A DNA stretch of 64,000 nucleotides. Origin: Synechococcus sp. (GTDB lineage: Bacteria; Cyanobacteriota; Cyanobacteriia; PCC-6307; Cyanobiaceae). The notes beneath the pieces were generated by a model. That model did no database searches. It had not been told where the DNA came from and was given only the letters and a program-made list of their open reading frames with translations. Where the stretch lies: contig JBJBDL010000003.1 in assembly GCA_047285305.1 (NCBI GenBank), positions 1,376,001 through 1,440,000 on the forward strand. Reading direction: 5' to 3'. Shown here piece after piece: positions 51,119 through 60,722 of this stretch. The translations under genes were made by a program, and so were the position numbers. How positions within the stretch are numbered: the stretch's first letter is position 1; every line of letters begins with the position of its first letter.

Positions 51119-51795
51119 TGGCAGCTGTTGTTGTCGACAACCTCTCCCATGCCTTCGGTCAAGGGGAGATGCGCCGCGAGGTTCTTCAGAACATCAGCTT
51201 CAGCATCGAGCCGGGAGAGGTGGTGTTGCTGACCGGTCCTTCTGGCTGTGGCAAGACGACACTTCTCACCTTGATCGGCGCCTTGCGGACGGTTCAGCAG
51301 GGCGAGGTGTCGGTGCTTGGAGAGTCCCTGCATGGTGCCGGCCGTCGGCGCCGCCAGCAGGTGCGCCGGCGCATTGGAATGATTTTTCAGGGTCACAACC
51401 TTCTGCGCTGCCTTACGACTGAACAGAACGTGCAGATGGGAGCCGATCTTCTGCCTGATCTCAGTTACAGGGCCCGTCGGGATGAGGCCCGTCAGTGGCT
51501 CCGTGCCGTCGGCCTTGAGGACCACATGGCCAAAGTCCCCCATGACTTGTCCGGAGGACAGAAGCAACGGGTTGCCATTGCCCGTGCCCTTGCCGCAAAC
51601 CCCCGCCTTCTTCTGGCTGACGAACCCACCGCTGCCTTGGACAGCCGTACGGGCCGGGAGGTGGTGGAGCTGCTTCGTCGATTGGCCCGTGAACAATCCT
51701 GTGCGGTGCTGATGGTGACCCATGACCCGCGCATCGTTGATGTTGCCGATCGCTTGCTTCAGATGGAGGACGGGCGATTAAAGAATGCTGTTTAG
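51118..51795 (+). CDS. devA: ABC transporter ATP-binding DevA
   Basis: [30 protein letters not shown]. Confidence 0.92.
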   Translation: MAAVVVDNLSHAFGQGEMRREVLQNISFSIEPGEVVLLTGPSGCGKTTLLTLIGALRTVQQGEVSVLGESLHGAGRRRRQQVRRRIGMIFQGHNLLRCLTTEQNVQMGADLLPDLSYRARRDEARQWLRAVGLEDHMAKVPHDLSGGQKQRVAIARALAANPRLLLADEPTAALDSRTGREVVELLRRLAREQSCAVLMVTHDPRIVDVADRLLQMEDGRLKNAV

Positions 51796-51831
51796 TAGGA
51801 TGAAATTTGAGATCAGAGCTCGCAGTTCCGC

Positions 51832-51987
51832 ATGGCCAAGCGCAGAAACCTGAAGAAAGAAAAGCAGGAGCGGAACCGCGCCTACGCGCGCAAGTTCAAG
51901 AAGCGCAAGATGCGCAACGATGGCCGTGGTGAAGGCGCTGGTAACGGTGTGACCGGAACCGCCAACAACGGTGGTGCCGCCGACTGA
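51832..51987 (+). CDS. 51-aa highly basic microprotein (not in ORF track)
   Basis: MAKRRNLKKEKQERNRAYARKFKKRKMRNDGRGEGAGNGVTGTANNGGAAD*; TAGGAT -10-like hexamer at 51796-51801 and a terminator at 52009-52040. Confidence 0.8.
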   Translation: MAKRRNLKKEKQERNRAYARKFKKRKMRNDGRGEGAGNGVTGTANNGGAAD

Positions 51988-52008
51988 TCAACGGACCAGA
52001 CCATCCAT

Positions 52009-52040
52009 AAAAAAGGGGGGCCTGTGTGCCCCCTTTTTTT
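52009..52040 (+). terminator. Intrinsic (potentially bidirectional) terminator
   Basis: A6-G6-C-loop-G-C5-T7 hairpin. Confidence 0.88.
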
Positions 52041-52081
52041 GTTGTTCGTAGGGTGGGTGGCCATTTGCATCGGCCGTCGAG

Positions 52082-53014
52082 ATGTTCGTCAGCGTCGTTA
52101 TTCCGACCTACAACCGACGCCCGATCCTCGAGAAATGCCTCTCGGCACTGGAAGATCAGCAGCTTGCTGGAGCTCTTCAGGACTACGAGGTTGTTGTGGT
52201 CGACGACGGTTCCACCGATGGAACGCCGTCATGGCTCAGCGAGCAGTCCCATCGTTTTCCCCATGTGCGCCTGATCGAGCAGGAGCACGGTGGTCCTGCG
52301 GAGGGCCGGAACCGCGGTGTGGATCATGCCCGTGGCGATGTGATCGTCTTCATCGACAGCGATCTTGTGGTCACAGATACCTTTCTGGCCACCCACGCAC
52401 GGGCGTTGCAGCAGTGCTGGCAACGGCGTGGTGATCGGCTCTGCTTCACCTACGGCGCCGTCATCAATACCGCCAACTTTGAAGCACCCTGCTCGGAGCG
52501 CCACAAATTACGCGACTTGTCCTGGGCTTATTTCGCCACCGGCAATGTGGCCATCGATCGGGAGGTGCTGGAGCGCTCAGGCATGTTTGATACCGGTTTC
52601 CGCCTCTATGGCTGGGAGGACCTGGAACTGGGTGAGCGTCTGCGGCGGATGGGGGTTGAGTTGGTGAAGTGTCCGGACGCTGTCGGTTATCACTGGCACC
52701 CCGCCCTGAGCCTCGACCAGATCCCCCGACTTGTGGAAGTGGAGGGTGAACGGGCTCGTATGGGGCTTGTCTTCTACCGCAAACATCCAACCAGGCGGGT
52801 GCGGTTGATCATCCAGTTCACCTGGTTCCATCGCATCCTTTGGGAAGTTCTCACCCTCGGTGGGCTGATCAATCCCTCCAGCCTTCGCCCGCTGCTCCGT
52901 TGGCTGATCCGGCATGGCTATCCCGGAACGGCAATGGAGTTGCTTCGTTTGCCCCTCAATCGCATCGGTGTGCGTGCCCTGTTCCGTGAAGCCAGAGCGG
53001 CAGGGCTTCGCTGA
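52082..53014 (+). CDS. Glycosyltransferase family 2
   Basis: SVVIPTYNR, VVDDGSTDG, FIDSD, YGWEDLELG. Confidence 0.93.
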   Translation: MFVSVVIPTYNRRPILEKCLSALEDQQLAGALQDYEVVVVDDGSTDGTPSWLSEQSHRFPHVRLIEQEHGGPAEGRNRGVDHARGDVIVFIDSDLVVTDTFLATHARALQQCWQRRGDRLCFTYGAVINTANFEAPCSERHKLRDLSWAYFATGNVAIDREVLERSGMFDTGFRLYGWEDLELGERLRRMGVELVKCPDAVGYHWHPALSLDQIPRLVEVEGERARMGLVFYRKHPTRRVRLIIQFTWFHRILWEVLTLGGLINPSSLRPLLRWLIRHGYPGTAMELLRLPLNRIGVRALFREARAAGLR

Positions 53015-53045
53015 TCAACGTTTTGATACCTTCTATAGGTCCTTT

Positions 53046-53136
53046 CACTCCGCACACCTGCCCGTTTCGGGTGCACCGTAAGACCAGCTTCTGCTGGTTG
53101 TTCAGGTCCCTGGCAGGTGGAGGCGAACCCGAAACC
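53046..53136 (+). ncRNA. rpsB 5' leader (t44-like, uS2-responsive cis element)
   Basis: CACAC...GGGTGC...GTGGAGGC.AACCC layout; CACCTGCC(53055-62)/GGCAGGTG(53112-19) stem crossing GTTTCGGGT(53064-72)/ACCCGAAAC(53127-35). Confidence 0.8.
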
Positions 53137-53144
53137 CTTAAACC

Positions 53145-53861
53145 ATGGCTGTCGTCACCCTCGCCGAGATGATGGAGGCTGGTGCTCACTTTGGGCACCA
53201 GACCCGTCGTTGGAACCCCAAGATGTCGCGCTACATCTATTGCGCGCGCAACGGCGTTCACATCATCGACCTCGTGCAGACCGCCGTCTGCATGAACAAT
53301 GCCTACAAGTGGACCCGTTCTGCGGCACGCAGCGGCAAACGTTTCCTCTTCGTTGGCACCAAGAAGCAAGCCTCTGAAGTTGTGGCGCTGGAAGCCGCCC
53401 GCTGCGGAGCGTCCTACGTGAACCAGCGCTGGTTGGGCGGGATGCTCACTAACTGGACCACCATGAAGGCCCGGATCGACCGTCTCAAGGATCTTGAGCG
53501 GATGGAGTCCAGCGGCGCCATCGCCATGCGCCCCAAGAAAGAAGGTGCGGTGCTGCGTCGCGAACTCGAGCGTCTCCAGAAGTATCTGGGTGGCCTCAAG
53601 AACATGCGTCGCCTTCCCGATGTTGTGGTCCTGGTGGACCAGCGTCGTGAGTCGAATGCGGTGCTCGAAGCCCGCAAGCTCGACATCCCCTTGGTTTCCA
53701 TGCTGGACACCAACTGTGATCCGGATCTCTGTGAAGTGCCGATTCCCTGCAACGACGACGCCGTTCGTTCTGTGCAACTGATCCTGGGCCGTTTGGCCGA
53801 TGCGATCAATGAGGGCCGGCACGGCTCCAACGATCAGCGTGGTGGCGACAGCGAAGGCTGA
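53145..53861 (+). CDS. rpsB: 30S ribosomal protein S2
   Basis: [39 protein letters not shown]. Confidence 0.98.
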   Translation: MAVVTLAEMMEAGAHFGHQTRRWNPKMSRYIYCARNGVHIIDLVQTAVCMNNAYKWTRSAARSGKRFLFVGTKKQASEVVALEAARCGASYVNQRWLGGMLTNWTTMKARIDRLKDLERMESSGAIAMRPKKEGAVLRRELERLQKYLGGLKNMRRLPDVVVLVDQRRESNAVLEARKLDIPLVSMLDTNCDPDLCEVPIPCNDDAVRSVQLILGRLADAINEGRHGSNDQRGGDSEG

Positions 53862-53883
53862 TCTCCTCTCACCGCTAAGTTCA

Positions 53884-53915
53884 CGCCGCTGATTCCAATC
53901 AGGGAATCGGCGGCG
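53884..53915 (+). other. 13-bp hairpin between rpsB and tsf
   Basis: CGCCGCTGATTCC-AATCAG-GGAATCGGCGGCG (one G-U pair), no adjacent U tract. Confidence 0.65.
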
Positions 53916-53945
53916 ACTCAATTTCCCTTCTCACTGCTCCGACCG

Positions 53946-54608
53946 ATGGCTGTTGCCGTATCCGCCAAGCTTGTCAAAGAACTGCGCGACAAGACCGGCG
54001 CGGGGATGATGGATTGCAAAAAGGCCCTGGCCGCCACTGAAGGCGATGCCAACAAGGCCGTTGAGTGGCTTCGCCAGAAAGGCATCGCCAGCGCTGAAAA
54101 GAAATCCGGCCGCACCGCCGCCGAGGGTGCCATCGGCAGCTACATCCATACCGGTGCTCGCGTGGGTGTGCTGGTTGAGGTGAACTGCGAAACCGACTTC
54201 GTGGCCCGGGGCGACATGTTCCAGTCGCTGCTGCGTGATGTCTCCATGCAGGTGGCGGCATGCCCCAACGTTGAGTACGTCACCACCGACGAGATTCCCG
54301 ACGAAATCCGTGAGCGGGAGAAGGCGATCGAGATGGGCCGTGACGATCTCGAGGGTAAGCCTGAGCAGATGAAGGAAAAGATCGTTGAGGGCCGCATCGG
54401 CAAGCGCCTCAAGGAACTCGCCCTGATGGAGCAGCCCTTCATCAAGGACAGCTCCATCACCGTTGCTGACCTCGTGAAGCAAACCGCCGGCAAGATCGGC
54501 GAGAACGTGAAAGTTCGTCGCTTCACCCGTTACACCCTGGGCGAGGGCATCGACGTGGAAGAGAACGATTTCGCTGCTGAAGTGGCGTCCATGCAGAACG
54601 CCGGCTGA
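53946..54608 (+). CDS. tsf: Elongation factor Ts (short cyanobacterial form)
   Basis: [29 protein letters not shown]. Confidence 0.98.
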   Translation: MAVAVSAKLVKELRDKTGAGMMDCKKALAATEGDANKAVEWLRQKGIASAEKKSGRTAAEGAIGSYIHTGARVGVLVEVNCETDFVARGDMFQSLLRDVSMQVAACPNVEYVTTDEIPDEIREREKAIEMGRDDLEGKPEQMKEKIVEGRIGKRLKELALMEQPFIKDSSITVADLVKQTAGKIGENVKVRRFTRYTLGEGIDVEENDFAAEVASMQNAG

Positions 54609-54613
54609 TTCCC

Positions 54614-55735
54614 TTGTCCGACCCGGACGTCAGGCCTGCTTACGACCCGTCAGAACAGCTGGCACGCCTTCAACGGTTGTGCCGGCTGCGGGGTATCGCC
54701 CTATACAGAGAGCAGGCTCTTTATCTTCAGGTGCTGCGGGAACTGCTGGAAGGAGCCACCCGTCAGGCACTATTCAATCTTCTCGGTGAGGTTGATCCCT
54801 CCCGTTTCGGTCGGCTGCCGGAGTCGACCCGTCAGAATTTCCACGCAGCGGTCACAGACTTGATTGATCGCTGCAGCGTTCTGCTCACAGTTGAGCAGCT
54901 GATGCAGCTGGTGCGGCAGATGCAGCAGGAGCAACGGCGCCAGCAGGCCCATGCCAGCAGAAGCATGCTGCAGAAGCTCAGTCGCCAGACCCAGGAGAGT
55001 GCCCCTGAACCCGAGCCACCCACGTCTGAGCAGCCACAGGAAGAACCGAGCGGATCCATTCAGTTGAGCTTGGCTTCACCGCTTGAATCCCCCCCGAGGA
55101 CCGCTGCCCATGATCCCGTCAAAGAACCGGTCCCTGAACCCGCAGAAAACAAATCCTCGGACGATTTGGATGTGCTCCGCTCACTGTTCGAGCTGGCCGG
55201 TGATGCGATGCAGCAGGCCCAACAGCCCCTTGATCCCGTTGCTCCTCTTGATCCTTCGGTAGACGGCAACGGCCACTTTCTCCCGAATGAACCGGATGCG
55301 CTGTTGAACTGGATCCAGGCCATGGATCAGGCTCTTGATCGACGCCTTCGCAACCTCTCTCATGCGGTGAATGTGCAGATGCTGCGGTCCGGACTGGCCC
55401 AGACCCTTCTTCCCATCAGCCTTCTGGATGCTGTCCTGAAGGGACAGGTCGAAACGCAGCCAACCGCCACGAATGTGCTTCGCCTGCGCCTCCCTCTGCC
55501 CGTCGGTGAGCTCGACCAGGGCATGGACGTGCTCTGTGTGCTCTTACGCAGCAACGATCTGGAGTTCGACAGCCCACGTCTGCGTCAGTGCCGCAAACGA
55601 TTGCGCGCTCACCACCATGCTCTGCTCACAATGGTGCAGCAGCAGCGTCATTGGCAGCGTCGCTCCCTGGATCGTGAGGCCCGGACCCATTGGCAGACCC
55701 CATCGGATTCAACGCAGCAGCTGAGCGGGGACTGA
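54614..55735 (+). CDS. Hypothetical protein
   Basis: 373-aa ORF packed between tsf and recG; helical ends flanking a Pro/Glu-rich linker. Confidence 0.8.
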   Translation: MSDPDVRPAYDPSEQLARLQRLCRLRGIALYREQALYLQVLRELLEGATRQALFNLLGEVDPSRFGRLPESTRQNFHAAVTDLIDRCSVLLTVEQLMQLVRQMQQEQRRQQAHASRSMLQKLSRQTQESAPEPEPPTSEQPQEEPSGSIQLSLASPLESPPRTAAHDPVKEPVPEPAENKSSDDLDVLRSLFELAGDAMQQAQQPLDPVAPLDPSVDGNGHFLPNEPDALLNWIQAMDQALDRRLRNLSHAVNVQMLRSGLAQTLLPISLLDAVLKGQVETQPTATNVLRLRLPLPVGELDQGMDVLCVLLRSNDLEFDSPRLRQCRKRLRAHHHALLTMVQQQRHWQRRSLDREARTHWQTPSDSTQQLSGD

Positions 55736-58206
55736 CCAGCGAGCAGCTGTCGTTGCTCCTCACCTGGATGCTTCCCATTCAGCGCTCGCTGGGGTTGGAG
55801 GCCGACCGTGGTTTTCAGAATCTGCAGGGTCGCCAGCAGCGCTTTCACGCCTTTGTGCAGCAGCAACTCGCAGCGCCTCCGGCCGTTTCCTTACCCCAGG
55901 GGGTCACTGAGCGCATGTCCAAGCTCAGCTCCGCCTTTGCCGACTATCCGGCCCTCACTGATCCTGCCCGCCGTCGCTTGGTCACTGATGCCCGTCAATG
56001 GCTTCATGAGCTGCGCCATCGCCTGGAACCCTCGGCTCCAATGGCACCGCCACGCCTGAAGGTTCAGGCGTCTCCCGAGCAGCGCGCCAGCTCACCACTG
56101 CAGCTTGACAGTCCCATCACGCAGATCCGTGGTGTGGGTCCCAAATTCGCGGCACGGCTGGCTTCGATCGGCCTGCTTCTGGTACGCGACCTGCTCCGTT
56201 ATTACCCCCGTGATCATGTCGATTACTCCGCGATGCGCCGAATTGAGGCGCTGGTGTCGGGGGAAACAGCCACGATCGTCGCCTCTATTCGCCGTTGCAA
56301 CGGATTCGTCAGTCCACGGAACACCAACCTCGCCATCATTGAGCTCCAGCTGCAGGATCCGACAGGTCGCCTGAAGGTGAGCCGTTTCCTGGCAGGCAAA
56401 CGCTTCAGTTCCCCGGCCTACCTCAAAGGCCAGCAGCGTCTCTACCCCGTTGGTGCCACCGTGGCCGTCAGTGGTCTGGTGAAAGACGGTCCCTACGGCA
56501 TCACTTTTCAGGATCCGTTGATCGAGGTGCTGGACAGCCCCTCGTCTCCGGTCAAATCCCCCAGCATCGGCCGGCTTCTCCCGGTGTATCCCCTCACCGA
56601 GGGGGTTGGCGCGGATCGGTTTCGCAGCCTGATCGATCAGGTCCTGCCCCTCGCGGCATCGTGGCCTGATCCTCTCCCCGCCGCGGTGCAGCGGCAATTC
56701 CAGCTGCCGGCACTCTCGGAGGCCCTGCAGGCTCTGCATGCGCCCAAGGACCGTGAAAGCCTCGATCGGGGACGCCGCCGGCTGGTGTTCGATGAGTTTC
56801 TACTCCTGCAGCTCGGTCTGTTGCGCCGACGCCAGGCGCTGCGCTCCCGGACTGGACCGGACCTGGATCTCCAATCCAGTTCCAACGGGCTTGTGGGGGA
56901 GTTCATGGATCTGCTGCCCTTCCGCTTCACCGCAGCCCAACAACGGGTTTTTCAGGAGATCGAAGCCGATCTGGCGCGCAGCGAACCTATGGCCCGTCTG
57001 GTGCAGGGGGACGTCGGCTCGGGCAAAACGGTGGTTGCCATTGCAGCGTTGCTCAGCACCATTGCTTCGGGCTGGCAGGGGGCCCTGATGGCCCCCACGG
57101 AGGTGTTAGCCGAGCAGCATTACCGTAACCTCTGCCAGTGGCTGCCGCAGCTCCATGTGAGCGTCGCCTTGCTGACGGGTTCCACGCCGCGGCCCCGCCG
57201 TCGGGAGCTGCTGGATGACCTGGCAAACGGTTCGCTGAAGGTGCTGGTGGGCACCCATGCCTTGCTCGAGGATCCTGTCGTTTTCAATCGCCTGGGGCTG
57301 GTGGTGGTGGATGAACAGCACCGTTTCGGTGTTCATCAACGGGATCGCCTGCTCAACAAGGGCTTGCAGCCCCATCTGCTCACCATGACGGCAACACCGA
57401 TCCCACGGACCCTGGCGCTGTCGATGCATGGGGATCTGGATGTCAGCCAGATCGATGAATTGCCGCCAGGGCGAACACCGATTTGCACCCGCATGCTCAC
57501 GGCCGCAAAGCGGGAGAAGGCCTATGAGTTGATCCGTGAGGAGGTGCAGCTGGGCCAGCGGGCCTATGTCGTTCTGCCTCTGGTGGACGAGTCGGAAAAG
57601 CTTGACCTTCGCTCAGCTGTTGAGGTTCACGCTGAATTGGCCTCGGAGGTGTTCCCTGATCTGGCCGTTGGTTTGCTGCATGGGCGCCTCTCCAGTGCTG
57701 AAAAGCAGGCGGTGCTGACCGATTTCGCTGCGGGCAAGAGCCAGGTGCTGGTGGCTACCACGGTGGTGGAGGTGGGGGTAGATGTCCCTGAAGCCAGCGT
57801 GATGGTGATCGACCATGCCGAACGCTTTGGTCTGGCACAGCTGCATCAGTTGCGGGGGCGCGTTGGCCGTGGCGCCGCTGCCTCCCATTGCCTGTTGATC
57901 AATGGCAGCTCCAATCCCCTGGCCCGCCAGCGTCTGGATGTGCTGGTGCGCTCCACCGATGGCTTTGAGATCGCCGAGATGGATTTGCGCTTGCGGGGGC
58001 CTGGCCAGGTGCTGGGAACCCGTCAATCTGGCTTGCCTGATCTGGCCCTGGCCAGCCTTGCCGATGATGGGGCTGTGCTGGAGGACGCACGAACAGCCGC
58101 CCAGGAGCTGTTAAACAACGATCCTGAGCTCTCGCAGCATTCTTTGCTGCGAGAGACCTTGGAGGCACAGCAGCGTCGCCTCAGCGGTGGCACCCCCTTG
58201 AACTGA
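55690..58206 (+). CDS. recG: ATP-dependent DNA helicase RecG
   Basis: QGDVGSGKT, MAPTEVLA, DEQHRFG, TATPIPRT, QLRGRVGRG; start uncertain. Confidence 0.96.
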   Translation: MADPIGFNAAAERGLTSEQLSLLLTWMLPIQRSLGLEADRGFQNLQGRQQRFHAFVQQQLAAPPAVSLPQGVTERMSKLSSAFADYPALTDPARRRLVTDARQWLHELRHRLEPSAPMAPPRLKVQASPEQRASSPLQLDSPITQIRGVGPKFAARLASIGLLLVRDLLRYYPRDHVDYSAMRRIEALVSGETATIVASIRRCNGFVSPRNTNLAIIELQLQDPTGRLKVSRFLAGKRFSSPAYLKGQQRLYPVGATVAVSGLVKDGPYGITFQDPLIEVLDSPSSPVKSPSIGRLLPVYPLTEGVGADRFRSLIDQVLPLAASWPDPLPAAVQRQFQLPALSEALQALHAPKDRESLDRGRRRLVFDEFLLLQLGLLRRRQALRSRTGPDLDLQSSSNGLVGEFMDLLPFRFTAAQQRVFQEIEADLARSEPMARLVQGDVGSGKTVVAIAALLSTIASGWQGALMAPTEVLAEQHYRNLCQWLPQLHVSVALLTGSTPRPRRRELLDDLANGSLKVLVGTHALLEDPVVFNRLGLVVVDEQHRFGVHQRDRLLNKGLQPHLLTMTATPIPRTLALSMHGDLDVSQIDELPPGRTPICTRMLTAAKREKAYELIREEVQLGQRAYVVLPLVDESEKLDLRSAVEVHAELASEVFPDLAVGLLHGRLSSAEKQAVLTDFAAGKSQVLVATTVVEVGVDVPEASVMVIDHAERFGLAQLHQLRGRVGRGAAASHCLLINGSSNPLARQRLDVLVRSTDGFEIAEMDLRLRGPGQVLGTRQSGLPDLALASLADDGAVLEDARTAAQELLNNDPELSQHSLLRETLEAQQRRLSGGTPLN

Positions 58207-58226
58207 TCCATCCCGCTTCCGCCTCG

Positions 58227-58928
58227 ATGCGCCCCTGGAGTCCGATTCCGATCGAAGATTGCGGCGAGCCTTTGCAAGCGCTGCCTCCCGCTTTGTTGCG
58301 GATGGATCCTCATCCATACATGGCGCTGGGGGCGCCCTATGGGGCGTCTGGGCATCCCTTTCAATTGCGCCTGGGGGTCGTTCAGCGCCTGCTTGATGCT
58401 CAGCAGCACCTGGTCGAGCACGACCCCAGCCTGCGCCTGAGCATTTTTGATGCTTGGCGGCCGATCGCCGTGCAGGCCTTCATGGTGGACCACAGCATTG
58501 CGGAACTCTGCCGTGAACGCGGCGTAGAACTGCGCTCGGGGCACGCTTTCGATCAGGTAGTTGCCGATGTGGGGCGCTTCTGGGCCGCTCCCAGTCGGGA
58601 TCCTGCGACCCCGCCTCCTCACAGTACCGGTGCAGCTGTTGATCTCACCCTCAGCAGCAGTGATGGAACGCCGCTGGCCATGGGGGGAGAGATTGATGCA
58701 ATTGGTGCAGTGTCTGAACCGCAGCACTACGCCGGTCGGGAGGATTCCGAAGCTCGGCGCTGGCATCAACGCCGGCAGTTGCTGGCTGAAGTGATGGGAG
58801 CAGCCGGCTTTGCTCAGCATCCGAACGAGTGGTGGCACTACTCGTTCGGCGATCAGCTATGGGCCTGGCGAAAGGGTGAAGCTGTGGCCGTCTATGCCGA
58901 GGCCGTCAACAGCGCGCTGACTTCCTGA
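58227..58928 (+). CDS. ddpX: D-alanyl-D-alanine dipeptidase (M15D, VanX/DdpX family)
   Basis: FDAWRP, PPHSTGAAVDLTL, EWWHYSFGD. Confidence 0.88.
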   Translation: MRPWSPIPIEDCGEPLQALPPALLRMDPHPYMALGAPYGASGHPFQLRLGVVQRLLDAQQHLVEHDPSLRLSIFDAWRPIAVQAFMVDHSIAELCRERGVELRSGHAFDQVVADVGRFWAAPSRDPATPPPHSTGAAVDLTLSSSDGTPLAMGGEIDAIGAVSEPQHYAGREDSEARRWHQRRQLLAEVMGAAGFAQHPNEWWHYSFGDQLWAWRKGEAVAVYAEAVNSALTS

Positions 58929-60649
58929 TCACCCAGCTTCTCGATGTGGTCCCCGAAGCTGCGACGTCCACCCGCCGCTTTCCAGCTTAGGAGGAGCGGC
59001 TCGAGGGTTTTTTCCAGATCATCCAAGGGCAGCTTCTCCATGTAGGGGCGCGCCAGACGCTGGAGGTTGGGGGTGCCGCCGAGCCACAGCTGGTACTGGT
59101 TGACCCCGTTGCCCACCAAGCCCAGCTCCGCCATGTAGGGGCGGGCACAGCCGTTGGGGCAGCCGGTCATCCTCACAAGCAGGGACTTCTCAATCTCGAG
59201 CCGTCGCAGTTGGGCATCGAGGCGATCCAGAACATCTGGAAGGATGCGCTCAGATTCGGTGATGGCGAGCCCGCAGGTGGGTAGAGCTGGGCAGGCAATG
59301 GCATGCCTGGCCAGAGGTGCTGGAGCTTCAGGCACCTCAAACCCGAGGGCTTCCAGCTGGGTTCGAATGCTGGCTCGCTGGGAGGTGCCGATGTTGCACA
59401 GCAGCAGGTCTTGATTGGCGGTGAGGCGAATCTCCAGCTGGTAGGTCTCCACGAGCTCCCTCAGTCCTGCCTTGAGATCTCCGTTCAGGCGACCACAGAG
59501 CAGGGGCAGTCCCACGAACCACATCCCTGCCTTCTGGCGATGCCAGCCGAGATAGTCCAAAAGCTTGGCCTTGGGCTCATTGCGCAGCCCCTTGAGGCTT
59601 CCCTTGAAGTAGGTCGCGCAGAGGGTGTCGCGGAACCATTGGATTCCCTTGTCGTGCAGCAGGTACTTCATGCGGGCGTGCTTGCGCACTTCCCGATCAC
59701 CGTGATCGCGTTGCAGCGCCAGGATCGCCTGAACCACATCCAGAACGTCGGCGGCATCGACGTAACCCAAAGGATCCGCCGTGCGCGCGAAGGTGTCTTC
59801 TTTGTTGTGGGTGCGGCCCATGCCACCGCCCACGTAGACGTTGCAGCCCCGCAGATCGCCAGAGGGGTCGGTGAAGGCCACAAGGCCGATGTCCTGGGTG
59901 AGCAGGTCAACAGAGTTGTCCCCAGGCACGGTGACGGCAACCTTGAATTTCCGGGGTAGGTAGGTGTCCCCGTAGAGAGGTTCCTCAGTGCTGCCGGAAA
60001 AAACGCCGGCTTCGCTTTGGCGTTTTCTGGCCTTCCGAACGGCTCGGCTGGGCTTGAAGCGATAACTCAGGTCACCATCCACCCAGAGGTCGAGGTAGGC
60101 CCCCTCGGCCGCCTCGGGGCTGAGCAAATCAGCGATTTCATCGGCCAGGCGCCGTGCCACGGGATAGCCGCCTTTCTCAAAAGGAGCTGGTGGTGCCATC
60201 ACATTGCGGTTGATGTCCCCGCAGGCCGCCAGGGTCGAGCCCATGTTGCGAACAATGGTGCCAATCACCTCTTTCAGGTCGGCCTTGGCGATGCCGTGCA
60301 TCTGGAAGGCCTGACGGGTGGTGGCCCGCAGAGTTCCGTCCCCAAGGCGGTTGGAGAGGTCATCGAGAGCAAGGAACAGCCGGGCAGGGATGCGTCCGCC
60401 CGGACTGCGAAGCCGCAGCATCATTTGCCAGCTGCGAACCTTGTCTGTTTTGCGCAGTTCGCGGTGGTGCTGTTGGTAGCTGCCGTGAAACTTCAGCAGT
60501 TGAACAGCATCTTCCGTGAAGCGAACATCTTCGTTGCTGAGCTCGCTCAACAACGGATCGCGTAGATAGTCGCTGTCCAGCTTGCGCTGCTCCGCCTTGG
60601 ACAGCGATTGAGTTCCTGTTTCCGCCACTGCCAAGGAGCCTTCCCCCAC
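58892..60649 (-). CDS. sir: Ferredoxin-sulfite reductase
   Basis: LKFHGSYQQ, TTRQAFQMHG, YLPRKFK, ACPALPTCGLA, RMTGCPNGC; GTG start near 60649 inferred. Confidence 0.93.
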   Translation of the reverse strand: MGEGSLAVAETGTQSLSKAEQRKLDSDYLRDPLLSELSNEDVRFTEDAVQLLKFHGSYQQHHRELRKTDKVRSWQMMLRLRSPGGRIPARLFLALDDLSNRLGDGTLRATTRQAFQMHGIAKADLKEVIGTIVRNMGSTLAACGDINRNVMAPPAPFEKGGYPVARRLADEIADLLSPEAAEGAYLDLWVDGDLSYRFKPSRAVRKARKRQSEAGVFSGSTEEPLYGDTYLPRKFKVAVTVPGDNSVDLLTQDIGLVAFTDPSGDLRGCNVYVGGGMGRTHNKEDTFARTADPLGYVDAADVLDVVQAILALQRDHGDREVRKHARMKYLLHDKGIQWFRDTLCATYFKGSLKGLRNEPKAKLLDYLGWHRQKAGMWFVGLPLLCGRLNGDLKAGLRELVETYQLEIRLTANQDLLLCNIGTSQRASIRTQLEALGFEVPEAPAPLARHAIACPALPTCGLAITESERILPDVLDRLDAQLRRLEIEKSLLVRMTGCPNGCARPYMAELGLVGNGVNQYQLWLGGTPNLQRLARPYMEKLPLDDLEKTLEPLLLSWKAAGGRRSFGDHIEKLGDQEVSALLTASA

Positions 60650-60722
60650 CCCGAAAAGGATTTCTTGATTTGAACGTAGCGAAACGGCTTCCAATACAGT
60701 CGCTTCCGGCTCTGACCTTGGC

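Noticed and set aside
58227..58928. VanX-like gene as a glycopeptide-resistance determinant
   Set aside because: No vanHA or vanRS neighbours; consistent with a housekeeping DdpX-type dipeptidase
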